A stretch of DNA of 62,974 bases, filler included, from Choristocarpus tenellus KU-1152 (Eukaryota > Protista > Phaeophyceae): NCBI GenBank assembly GCA_964200185.2. It is 10 parts of 10 records of this genome, joined end to end, with 100 filler letters (N's around TTAATTAATTAA, not from the genome) between each part and the next. Parts side by side here need not be neighbours in the genome. Positions count along the whole stretch, not along the records: positions 39,583 to 53,349 come from CAXNAD020001372.1; positions 53,450 to 62,974 come from CAXNAD020003608.1; 8 more parts are not named here. One strand, 5' to 3'. Every line of letters starts with the position of its first letter. Within the stretch, counting starts at the first letter, position 1. Below are positions 51,330 to 62,974 of the stretch, piece after piece. Under the pieces are notes generated by a model. It had not been told where the DNA came from. It worked only from the letters and a program-made list of their open reading frames with translations, and did no database searches. The translations under genes were made by a program, and so were the position numbers.

Positions 51330-52150
51330 CCCTCCGTTTCGACTGGCTGTGGTTGAGTGACAGATCCTTCCCTAGGTGGGCTTCATGGTTTATTCTGCTC
51401 CATCGACCAGGAATTGACCTGGATACAGTACTTCTTTCTGAGACGCATGTTCGATGGTAGACCAGCGTCTTTCGCAGATCCAGGGACTTCATTCCCCATC
51501 GACCAGAGCCTGGAACCTTCAAAGTGGAACCACCTTCCACGGGATTGATGCAATGATAAAACAGCAAAGGTCTCTTTGGAGAAGGGAACATACTCAATGA
51601 TCGATCGACCCGCTATGATGAGGCCTGCCGTGGGAGTTGGAGTTGTTTAACATAGCGCTGTTGACCAAGGTGGTGGTATTGTTCGAGGGTGGGAGGGGGT
51701 CTCAAAAGGGATATTTGGTGGAAGTTAGGTTCGTTTACAAAGATGGGCTGTATTAGTAGCCATGGGATAGAATTGATCGTTTGGGTAAAGATATGTCGAA
51801 GGTTGAGACACCTATAAACGGACTTGTTCTCTCTGAGACCTGTTGTCAAGCTGAGGCTGGTCAGCAACGTTGTGTCAAATCAGTGGCTTAGCTGGGGGGG
51901 TCTCCACTCATCTACCATTGGGTGTGGTTGGGATATGAAATTATGGTTTGACAGGGAAAGGACAAGGGCCATAGGTGTAGTATGCGAGCAAGGTTGGACG
52001 CTGATGTACGGTATACTAGGTTTGGGGGGGGCAATATGAAACCGGTGTCAGTAGGTGGTGAGGGTAATGATATTATCCGCCCACGCAGAAGGTGGCCAGC
52101 AGAACAGCAGTGGTGGAGCACCGTGTCAGAGACGGCAACTATGCTGATAC
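51330..52150 (-). mobile_element. Gypsy integrase/chromodomain remnant
   Basis: Minus-strand decayed motifs: P.TIIS...W (~51950), QPQLDNRSQRE...LRHI...W...IFVN (51860-51730) and LVDGE...QFLV (~51510-51400). Confidence 0.45.
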
Positions 52151-54080
52151 ACCAAAGGTGAGAGGGGATGGAACGATGGACTAAGCATTAAAGATAGAAA
52201 TAATGACAAAGAAATCATTCTCAATCCCAGAGCCCGGATTCAGAGCAGCATGGATACGGGGAAACAGAAGAGTGAGTGCGGGGTTTGTCAAGGTGTGAAG
52301 AGAGTGTACCTGGAAAGAGCAGGTGTGTCTCTCTTCTCCGTCTTCTCCACCCCTGCTTGAAACCGTTTTGCACAACCCCACCATCCAACATAGAGCTGAG
52401 TAGCCACGCTTGTGCACTATTCATTGTACATACTTTCTATTGTACTAACAATGTGTGCTTATCGGTACAAATCCTCATTGGCCTCAGTATTGGCGTGCCG
52501 ACATGCGTGTTGGTGAAGACATGCCGCAAGAAACACTGCAGCAGAGGCGAGAGAGAAAGAGGAGGAGGTAGTGGAGGAGAAGGAATGAGGAACCTGAACA
52601 TATGGCATTGGATATGCCGCGAACCAAGAAGGCAATGGGTTATCTGTCTGACCTTGTACATGGGGGGTAGAAGGGAAAGGGGTCATGCTCCCTACTGCTG
52701 AAAAGAAACTGGTGTCAGATCCAGGAGCGCTGGCAAGGACTTCTCGTTGACTTTGCATCTTGTCTGGAAATGGTGAATTTCGTCAAGTACCAGGTGAAAG
52801 AAATATGCTTCGTGTATATTCCGGTTCCACCTCTCCAGCCCTTTGGGAGCATATCTCGTTTGCTTTTTCAAATATTGAGAGCTTGTCTTGCTAGGAAGTC
52901 CTTTGTGTAAAGCTCTTTTTGGTGGCAATTTTTTTATCTCCTCAAGTCTACCCTCAAAAGCAAAATAATACTGCATTGTTAGGTATCAGATGTGATACAA
53001 ATGATTGGCCTCTGGAATAATATGGTGCAAAGTGTATCTGATTGAAGCCTATGTTTAACATGGTTGATGTTATTCCTCAAATGTATACCAACCTGTATGC
53101 CGACTTCTGTGCCACTGAAGAAGATTTCGATTTGAGGAATGCCAAACACCAAGCAAACTCTCTGTACATGGTCCTATGTAATTTCCAATTTTCAGTGAAA
53201 TGCACTCAGGGTTTGTCCAATAAATGTTGACCTATGGGTTCATCGTATGAATCAAGTGTGTCTCGGATTCCTTGTATGTGTTGATGCTCGAAGTATCTGG
53301 GGGGGGGGGGCCTCCCCCGGGTGTCCCATTCAGGCCTGGCCCGGGAAAANNNNNNNNNNNNNNNNNNNNNNNNNNNNNNNNNNNNNNNNNNNNTTAATTA
53401 ATTAANNNNNNNNNNNNNNNNNNNNNNNNNNNNNNNNNNNNNNNNNNNNAAAAAAAAAATGCCCCTGCCTGCTCCCCCCCCCCCCCACACACACACACTC
53501 CCCCCCCACAGAGTGCGACTACTTCACACACACACAAAAAAGAAAAATCTACATACTATACAGTAGTGGAGCTCCACCTCACAATAGTTGGCTCTTCCTC
53601 CCTGTAGATAACATACACGCCAGGTGACATGATGGTCAACTCAAGGCCTTACAGAGATACATGATGTATTCTTACTATGACAGAAAAAAAACAGTTTGAC
53701 TACAGTTGGTTCCATATATCCATATCCATAAAAAAAACTTGAGCGAAACCTTTGCAACCCCGTGGTCAGTAGTAACATGATTATTGCTGCGTCCGACAGA
53801 CTCTCGACCGAGTTCAGCCCATAACGCCTCTCCCTTCTTGTTGGGGAAAACCCTTCCAAGTTGAATAGCTCTTCTACGCCACCTGCTGCTGTCTCTCAGA
53901 ACAAGAAGGCTCTTGTCCTGTACAATCCAATTCTAAGATACACACAAAACACACAAAATCCATTGTCCTAGTGTTTTGTTTTCCAAGTTGTGATAGCTTT
54001 ATTGCGGGCTTGTATTGCTACTGTTCGAAACGTCCCCACTATGCATTCCATACCATTCAAATCACTCCAAATCACTCCAT

Positions 54081-57000
54081 ACCTCCACATCACGCCTGAC
54101 AAGGTCCTTAAGGCGGTGCTCCTCCATGTCCATCTCCTTCTCTGTAGCCCTAACCACTTCCAGCAAGGTGCCCTCCTCCTTGTGGGCGTGGCGCCGGCCA
54201 TCCATGGATTGTCGAGCCCGGAGTTTACATTCCTATCGAAAATAATAATAATAATAATAATAATATTAATTAGAATAATTGTAGTGAGGAGGGGAGAAGG
54301 GAGCGAGTGTACAGAGAGGACTGTTCGGTCAGTGGGGGCATAGGCCTCGGCATCTTCATGAAGGAGAAGAATGATGATGATACTTGATGTTGTTTTGGTT
54401 CTTAGAGGAGATTGGAATGGGAATATCTGGGCAGTCTTGGGTGGAGAATGGGGGGAGGGGAAGAGAGGAAGGGGAAGGGTGGAATGTAGGGGGAGGGGAA
54501 GAACCTCACTTTGGACATGCTTTGAAGGTCCAAACATAACATTCCAGAGTGCTTGTGTCCATCCAAAATGTGCCAATGCAGTAACAAATCTATTAGTACA
54601 CTTACAGTATTAGCATTGAAACTCTAGGTTTGTATGCTAGATTTTTATGTTTCAATACTCTGTACAACCTGCGGAGAATAACCTAACACATCCATAAAAA
54701 GGGCCCTTCCCACCCCCCCGTCCCATCCGGAAACCAAGCAAACGAAAAATAANNNNNNNNNNGTTTATATTTTTATGTTTAAATACCCTGTAAACCCCGG
54801 GGAGAAAAACCTAAAACACCCATAATACCCCCCCCCCCCCCCGGTTTCCGATTCAACAATAAGCAGAAATCAGAAATTGGGAATTTTCCAGATTTAGAGA
54901 GCAACCACAGTGTGTAGGTTATATACATACACACACATATATAGGAACTGTGCCTTTTTGGTACACCTATTGTTTCACAGAGCTTGCTGGTGATTTCTTC
55001 TGGTTCCTTCTTGGCCGTAATGACCACATCCTCACTACAGGGGATTGTACTTGTCAAAAAATCACATTTCATGAGATCAGTTCACACTACCACCACACCT
55101 TAAAGTCCAAAATACATTCTTCTGAAGCTACCTCTTGACACTACAAACAAAACATCAAAAAAAATATTTAACTAAATACCAAGAGAGGGTCACAAGATAA
55201 TCAGTGTAAGGCTATACAAACAATCACACACATGCACACACAACTCGGGCCATATACTACATCACAAATAGCTTTATACTAACAACAGCAATTCAACCAG
55301 CCTAGAAATGAACCGATAATGTCAATCAGTAGCAAACAGCAATAGAAGTGGTTGAAATCAACCAACCCCATCAACACTCTACCAACTCCCCTCCCTCCTA
55401 TATACCTACACAAAAAAATGCATCACCACCCCGTTGAGCAACTTCTAGAAGAGAACTGGCTCTGTGTGTGCACACACAAATCAACCAATATAAAAAAAAG
55501 GGGGGGGGGGGGATTGCCACCAAACCAACACGCCACCCAAGTACCAAGTAACGCATGTTCAGAGCACGGTCCAAGTCAGCATCCCCTAACCCTAACCCTA
55601 ACCACTGCATCTCACAGAGTATAGTAAGCCAACAAACAACCAACACACATTGACATCCAACTGAAAAGCAATACTTCCAACACAACACAACACAACACAC
55701 CTCCTCGTAGGCAGCAGCATCAAGCCTGGCCAGCTCTGCGGAAGCACTCCAATCATCCTCTTTGGCTCGCTTGATCACCTCTAACCCAACCTCCACCTCC
55801 TTCTGCCTGCTGACCTCTTCTCGACGGCCCACCATGGACTGCCTGCGCATGGCGTCCTTGTGCCGCTGCCGCATCTCAGCATCCTGCCCACCACGCAGGG
55901 GGGTCATCGTCAGGGTCGCGGTTAGGGTTTGGATGGAATTAGGACGGGCAGGTACCATTCCCGGTCGTCACGATATTGATCACCACGGTGGTAGCACTAC
56001 TTATTACGTTACTTATTTATTTATTTTATTTTTATTTTTCGATAGTAGGAACGGGTCAATGATCTGCCGGGGGGGAGGGGGGGATATTAGACAAAAAAAT
56101 TTATGAGATCGATCTACCCTCGCTGTTCCCAATTACCACAATGGGTTCTAGTTCCGAGCATCAAAACCCTAACCCTAAGTTGGAAAAAATCGCTCAAGAG
56201 GCATGAGTGTCGCCAATTTTTGAGTTCACAGGTGAGATCTACACGACTGTATGTACAATACAGCTTGGTGAAAAAAAAACAAATCTTTTATCACTTGGAG
56301 ATTATTTTTTATTTTTTATTTGATCATCAAGCGAGTAACACGACTGAGAGAGATAGAGAGAGAGATACGATTGGTTGTTTTCAAAAACCAAATTTAAAGG
56401 AGTAAACTCTGGGTACCACCCGGCTCAGGCCTACTGCACCTGATAAAAATCACATCGCATACACAACAAGTTAAGTGCTAACCTGTAGCTTGAAAGAAAA
56501 AAAAAAAGATCAATGACCGTTTAACTATTATTAGAGTATTCACTACATACAATTTTTGGGACAGGTTGTGCGTATTCTGTACACGTACAAGTAATGGAAT
56601 GAAACATCTATACTCATCATCAGAATTTATACTTCATAGCATTTATTCAAAAAATATACATTAAGTACCAGGGAAGCGCACGAGAAATACCTCACGGTCG
56701 AGAGCCTTCAAGTACGCCTCATCAGCAGCAGCAAAGGCCTTCCCACTATCTTCTCCTTCCTGCAGGGACAACAGGCGAGCATGTTCAGCACGCCTTCGGC
56801 AATGGGTGCAAAGCCCACATTGAAGAAAAAACAGAGGCAAATGGGAGATCGGGGGTGGTGATAGCACGGGAGGGTGGAGGGGGTGGGGGGAGGGGGGGGG
56901 AGAGACACAATGATTTGTGTATGTAAGTACATACTGCAACTGTTATGTGAGCAGAAAAAATAAAGTATCAAGTATTATAGGAAATTGGTGATGAAAGCAT

Positions 57001-60000
57001 CGCATCAAGGGAAAGACTCTCCATACAATCAACTACACTGTAAAATACTACCACATCTCGTGATAACTGTACTACGCATGTCCTATCCTATCCTATTACA
57101 CTAAATCACAACATTGGGTTCGTTATGCGCAATGCTGCACTCAATATTCTGATCTTTGTGTCGGACCAAAGTACTGCTAGGTCCCCAATACATGATAGTG
57201 TAGTCGCTGCTCTTTGTATTGGACAAAAGTACTCCTAGGTCAACAAGGCATGATAGTGCACTGCATGTACCAATGTAGTACTGAACCAAAGTGCTAAATG
57301 ATCCTCATTATACTGACAATGAACTGTAAGTACTGTGTTGTACTGAACCAAACTAGTACCAGGTCCCCAATGCATGATTACTCACTGAATAAGCTGGTGA
57401 TACATCGAACCATGGTACTACTAGGTTCCTGACACATGAAAGTGAAGTGTAAGTACAGTTGATGTACCGGACCAAAGCAGTACTGGGTCCACAACGCATC
57501 ACACTGTCCCGTCTGCGCAATTGATGTAGCAAGCCAAAGTACAACCAACTCCCTGATATATCATACTGCACTATAGTTGTGTACCTGAAGTCCAAGGACT
57601 GGCGTCTCCTGATTTCCTCCGCCTCCACAGCACGCCTGATATCCTCAGCATCCATCTTCCTAATGCGCCTCTCCTCATCAGCAACCTGTACACATCAACA
57701 TCACCCACAAAACAATTGCATGTTGAGACCATGATATTGATGAGATAATTGATGGATTATGGAGACCTTTGAAGAGCTCAAGCGCGCACAATGCATGTGT
57801 GTGTGTGTGTGTGTTAGTTTTACCTCTTATTGTCATCTTGTTAGTGTTGTGAGTTGCAACATTTTAACTGACTTCAGTTTGATTCATTGGAAAAACCAAA
57901 CAAATGGAACTCAAATTCAGCTACACAGTTGTTTCTATTTTGTCACAATACAAGCACAAGTTCACACAACCACCCTTCTCATTACCTTTCCATCAAGAGC
58001 AAGACATGCACGAGCAATAGTCCATCCCACATACTATTCTACAGGAAGACACACCTCTGGAAATGACAAAAAGGCGAAGGAAGGACTCACAAAATTTAAC
58101 ACCTCCAGAGGGTCCTCGTTCAGACCATGCTACCATATAAAATTCCTACCTAGAAACACCTTCAGACATGCCCACTCATATACGTACAAAACTCACACCA
58201 GAACCTAAACCCTAATCCTCACACACACACAAACACAAACACTTGTTTCACTATTACATGACCATACACAAAAAAACTTCCATCACCTTCTCACACCCAA
58301 CCCCGATCCTAACCTTAACCCTAACCCTAACCACCACATCGTTCGAGACCGACCTTGTGCTTGTGCCCTTTCATCCCTTCATCCAAGTGCGCATGGTAGA
58401 CCTTCTGGTCCCTCCTGAAGGCCATACTATTCCTCCTCTCCCTGTCCTCCCTCTCCCTCGCCGCCCGAAACAGCCTCCTGTCCATCTGGTCCCCACAACC
58501 CCCACACCACAATAATATAAAATATTCAAAATAATTGCCAAGTACTTGTTATCACACAAAAGCACCTTTTCCTACATGCTCCAGAGTATCCACCATGAAG
58601 ATAAAGTCAATAAGAGACATACGCATATAAATTAAAGCCAATAAGAGACATACACATATACATTGGCATGTACAGATCTAGGCCTGTAGCAAAACACGTA
58701 TTCCCAGGAGGTCATTGTTCTTACCCAGAGTACGCTGCAGACCATGTCATGCTTTGAGTATAGAGATGCACTGTACCCCTCTCCATTTAACTTATGCACC
58801 CAACCAAAACCCTTACATCCCTGCCTTAGAGAACGACGCCATTACACCCAAATAGTTAATCGACCAATTACTGTTACACACACACACAGACACACACAGA
58901 CAGCACATCCATCACTTCCAGCCAGCAGATTAAAGAAAAAAAATAAAATATATATATATACAATCAACTACAAGTTTTTGACACGCCTTCACAACCACCT
59001 AGAAAGCCCCTCGACATCCCCTGAGTTTAGAGGGCATGAAGTAAGCGCAATAGTCGCTGGCATCACATGTGTAAGCAATACCCCCCCAAAAAACTATCAC
59101 CAAAAAGGTTTCTTGCCCTAACCCTAACCCTATGTGGCTGTACTGTACCAATAAAGAAAACCCTCACAGCAGCAACAAGAAGGGAAACAAGAGCAACAGT
59201 GGTCCCCTATATATATATATATATATATATATTACGCATGTGTATGTCTGTATGTATTATGTGTGTGTAAAAATGTGTATGGTTGGAAGCAGCAACAAAT
59301 GGGAAGCAACAACAACAGTACTACTGTAGAGATAGAGATGGTGTTTCATGCCGCTAGATGCAAACCTGTGGGCATTGATGGTGATGGTGATGGTGATGGA
59401 AAGTTTTGGAGGAGAAAAGGTAGTGGGAGTGAAGGATTACAATAAATTACGAATAATATCTACTAATAATAAAAACAATAATACAAATATTACAAATAAT
59501 ATATTGTACTCCTTCACTCCCACTACACCGCCTCCTCCAAAGATTTCCATCACCATCACCACTAAGGCCCACAGATTTGCCTCCTCAACAACAAAGTTTA
59601 CTGGACTGGCCCTCTTCCCACACACCTCGTCATCAACTGATGCCCCCTGCCACGGGTCAGGCAAGGTAATGCCGTTCTTCTTTGTACATATTATTATTAT
59701 CCACCCCAGCCCTAACCCTCATTCAAACCACTCCACAGCAAATGTACCCTCTCACTAAATACAAATATAGACCAAGACACTGCTAGGAAATTGAATTAGG
59801 ATCACTAATCAAAGGTCAACCTCTCCCTTCAGAGAGGCTTGATTGCACAACATACATCCCCACAGCAACAAACCACTCACTGCATGCTTTTACTTCACAC
59901 CTCCTCACAGTCTCTGATTTCGATACACTACCGGGGTCCGTTACACCGGAGGTATGCGAGAGCATTTTGCAGTCACACTATGTACATATTGCATTGGTAG

Positions 60001-62681
60001 GCGTTCTCTTCCGTAGATGTCGCATCCAACATTCTTCTTCTGAACAGTAAAAGTGCACACCGTGTGAGCAAACCAGACCATCAACAGAGTGGTCATCCTT
60101 GACTATGAGCGTGCCTGACCCTCTCCTCTCCACAACCATTTTGAGTTGGAAGCGACCACCACACATACCATGGCACATCTTTGATTCCCACACACACAGA
60201 AAACACACACATAGCACACACGCAACACACACATTACACAACACACATGACCTTAATTAAACACACTCACGTACGTGAGCGAGGGGCACGACCCAGTCAG
60301 TCAGGCCAGCTACACCAAATAACAGATACAACTATTCCCCTGTTATTTCAACTCCACGTTACGTTCTGAGAGACTGCTAATTCCTCATAAACAAGTCCCA
60401 CACGACATATCCCATCCTCAAGAAGACCTCAACCAAAAAATAAATAAAATAGATCCGGCTCCATGCCAACAAATTCATTCAGGTTTACGCTACAAGGTGG
60501 AAAGAAAGTATACATTTACATCGATTGATTTCTACATACATACATACATAAAAAAAGGAAAATAGATGGACCTCTGAATCACTATGGCTGCCGAACTAAA
60601 GCATTCAACTATTGCAGAAGAGGATTGAGAAGGTCTTGCTTCAGCATGCTTCAGTACAGTTGGGTTAGCTCTACTCTATCTGGGTATCTTTCTTCCTACT
60701 GCCCTTGCCGGCACTGACCTCTGCCGCCTCTAACCTCTCCTTCTCCTCTCTCTGCGCCTGCTCCTTAAGCTTCTTTCGCAGTTGCTGTTCCCTAATGCGG
60801 CTTTCCTCCTATATAGATACAAACACAACAAACACATATACACATAGAGAAATACATGGGAAAAAATATCAATTTAGAAAGGGCATGATAACAAAGGTAC
60901 ACAAGACCTTACGCGTTATACAAGCACAGCAGGTCACTCACTCACACACACAAAACACACATAACACACGCAGGTGAAATTAAAAAAAATACAGACCCCT
61001 TTAAATAAAAAAAATTGAGGGGGCACACACACATCAGCACAAAAGTTACAAAAAATAATGAATAAAAAAAAATCCCTACCAACGGAAAGACGATACTGTA
61101 AATCCCTCTGTGGTAACCAAACAAGAAGAGACCCCCTGTACCTACCTCCACCTCTATCCCCAGTGTTTCATCACCATCAGGCGTAGAATTACTTTCACAA
61201 GTGTCTTCAAAACGTTTCTTGGACCAAGTAAATGGATACGCTACAAGAAACCCAAGCGAGCAGGTATTTCCCCTTGCTTTGAACCTGCCTGGACCTTGAT
61301 CTGCAGTGCTACTGCGGCCCCTTACATCAACACAGCCAATACTACAGCATACAGATCACACCATATGCTACATCAAGATGGACATACAGACATACCCTGA
61401 ACTCCAGACCTCAACCACCTCACAGGATAAACACATAATACATCCATCCATCCATACTCCATCCATACTCCTAAGCATATATATATATATATGTGCCCCA
61501 CCCCCCACCCCCCACCATCCCATCCCCATTCCCTTCTCCTTACATACCTTGTAGGCCATGTTCTGGCGATGCTTCTCTCGCTCATCTGCCTTCAAAGCCT
61601 CCTCCTGCCTGCGCCTCTCTGCATCTCTCTCCTCTCTCTCCCGTCTCTTCACAGGATAATAGGAGGGTTTCAATATTGTAGGAAGGCAGGACAAGTACGA
61701 AACAAAAAAAACATTGTTACTGCAATAACACACACACATATAATCGGAGTGTTTCAATATTGTAGGAAGGCGGGACAAGTATCTATCAAAATTAAAAAAT
61801 GTTATTATCACATTAACACACACACAAATATATAAAAAGTAACTCTAAAACACTAGAAAATGTTGAACCATGTCACAGAAGTGCGAGTTAGACCAGAGAG
61901 GCAAGTAGGATATAGTTGAATCAACAGCACTATCAGAACAATATACAAAAATAAAGAATAATTATTAAGGGTAAAAAAAATTCATTGCAAGAGCAAAGAG
62001 AAAGGGTGTCGCATCTGCTGCTGCCGCTTGAGCTCTTCATTAATAGCCATAGTATCCTCATAAGTACAACAAATAACAAATTCGATGTGGTTACTCTAGG
62101 TAAGTTGAGCTCTACTGGTTGACCATCACTACACTACATTGTTCAAACCCTCTCCAATACACAAAGACTTAATATAGATTAATAGTTACCTGCATATCGA
62201 TTCATTTAAATGCTTGTATGTGTTTAGAATTAGGGTCCCCACCCTAACCAGAAAGACATCTCAAAAACTCCTTTAAAATAATAAAAATATTTAAATATTT
62301 CGGCTCCAAAATTCACATTTAAAAAAAACTAGAGAGTCGAGCTCAAATCCAACACCTCTCTATACACAGTATCCAATACACGTACATACATACATGCATG
62401 CATAAATAATGCATATATACACACACAACCAAGTAGAGCCCTTCTCCTAATAAACCTCGAGTACTAATCCCCCCGCCCCTGCCCTGCCCCCCCAGCCCCA
62501 ACCGTCCTTTCCAACAAAAATATATATTTTGCACCTCCTTTTCCATATTTTCCGCCTTCTCCCTCTTGGCCACCTCAGCCTTCTTCAGCAGCTCTTCCCT
62601 AGCCTTAGACTGCCGTAGTGCTGTAGCCTTCAGATTTGCCATGCGCTTCTCCTCCTCGCTCTTCTTTCGGGCTGCTAGCTC
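54081..62681 (-). CDS. Multi-exon E/R/K-rich coiled-coil protein with repeated RRxS motifs (partial)
   Basis: Minus-strand exons with mostly clear AG/GT ends (some boundaries approximate): 62681-62535 (ELAARKKSEEEKRMANLK...), ~61648-61548 (...RRRQEEALKADEREKHRQNMAYK), 60808-60719, ~59679-59626, ~58485-58354 (...RERRNSMAFRRDQK...), 57685-57585 (...EIRRRQSLDFR), ~56800-56691, ~55890-55701 (...MRRQSMVGRREE...), ~54232-54083 (...RARQSMDGRR...). Confidence 0.72.
57101..57584. repeat. Degenerate 62-bp-period intronic tandem array (7-8 units)
   Basis: Units start at ~57161, 57219, 57281, 57343, 57405, 57467 and 57529. The consensus is approximately ctGGACCAAAGtactactAGGTCCccaatgCATGATAgtgcact...gta. 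Confidence 0.8.
59360..59580. repeat. Long inverted repeat (about 85-bp arms, about 50-nt AT-rich loop), intronic
   Basis: 59360-59448 (GCAAACCTGTGGGC...GTAGTGGGAGTGAAGGATTACAATA) matches the reverse complement of 59498-59580, with scattered mismatches and a (TGATGG) indel. Confidence 0.85.
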
Positions 62682-62974
62682 CTGAATAAACATATATATA
62701 TATATCATATAAATAACAAACAATATGTATGTATTACATAAATAGAAATAATGGTCTGAATGAACACTGCATAGTGCAAGGAAGGATTTGAGAGTTTAAG
62801 AGTTTTTTAATCATTCAAAAAAAGAAATAAAGAAATATACATATTTTTTTTATAGCAGTAGGATTGTCAATAGACTTGTTACGTGCATGTCGCACGGAAC
62901 GAATATGATGCAGGCTTACGAAGGGGGGGGGGAGGGGGTACCCAAACAAAGGCGCTCTTATCGCAAAAACAGAC

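Noticed and set aside
54642-54842. Apparent diverged duplication around the 10-N gap
   Set aside because: It looks like two low-quality read ends overlapping near a poly-C run, i.e. an assembly artefact.
57101-57584. CRISPR array interpretation of the 62-bp periodic repeat
   Set aside because: The repeats are highly degenerate, the 'spacers' resemble each other, there are no cas genes, and the context is a eukaryotic intron.

Overview
Eukaryotic, intron-rich, repeat-rich genomic DNA, most likely from a stramenopile such as a brown alga (inferred from gene style, TTAGGG tracts and ankyrin family type; not proven). The window is not one continuous locus. It is about 10 contigs joined by identical 100-nt linkers (44 N + TTAATTAATTAA + 44 N), so adjacency across a linker carries no information. 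Partial spliced genes, assembled by eye from GT-AG exons: SF3A3/PRP9 (+) head-to-head with an AMMECR1-family gene (-), a FAM135/DUF676-type gene (-), a 'RWWY'-motif hypothetical gene (+) and an E/R/K-rich coiled-coil gene with repeated RRxS motifs (-). There is also an intronless F-box-like/ankyrin-repeat gene interrupted by a single TGG>TAG change, plus a decayed paralogue. The remainder is mostly decayed transposons: two Ty1/Copia elements (one with an apparent tRNA-fragment PBS), Ty3/Gypsy remnants, and LINE RT, mariner-like and piggyBac-like fragments. A probable tRNA-derived SINE is present, as is an abundant small TIR element (MITE) with G-rich TIRs and 3-bp TSDs that are not TWA. The most notable non-coding structures are a 62-bp-period intronic array with a palindromic core and a ~220-nt intronic fold-back. 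No CRISPR array, rRNA or intact tRNA gene is supportable, and I found no convincing intact multi-gene novel system. All family calls rest on motif recognition by eye, not database searches.
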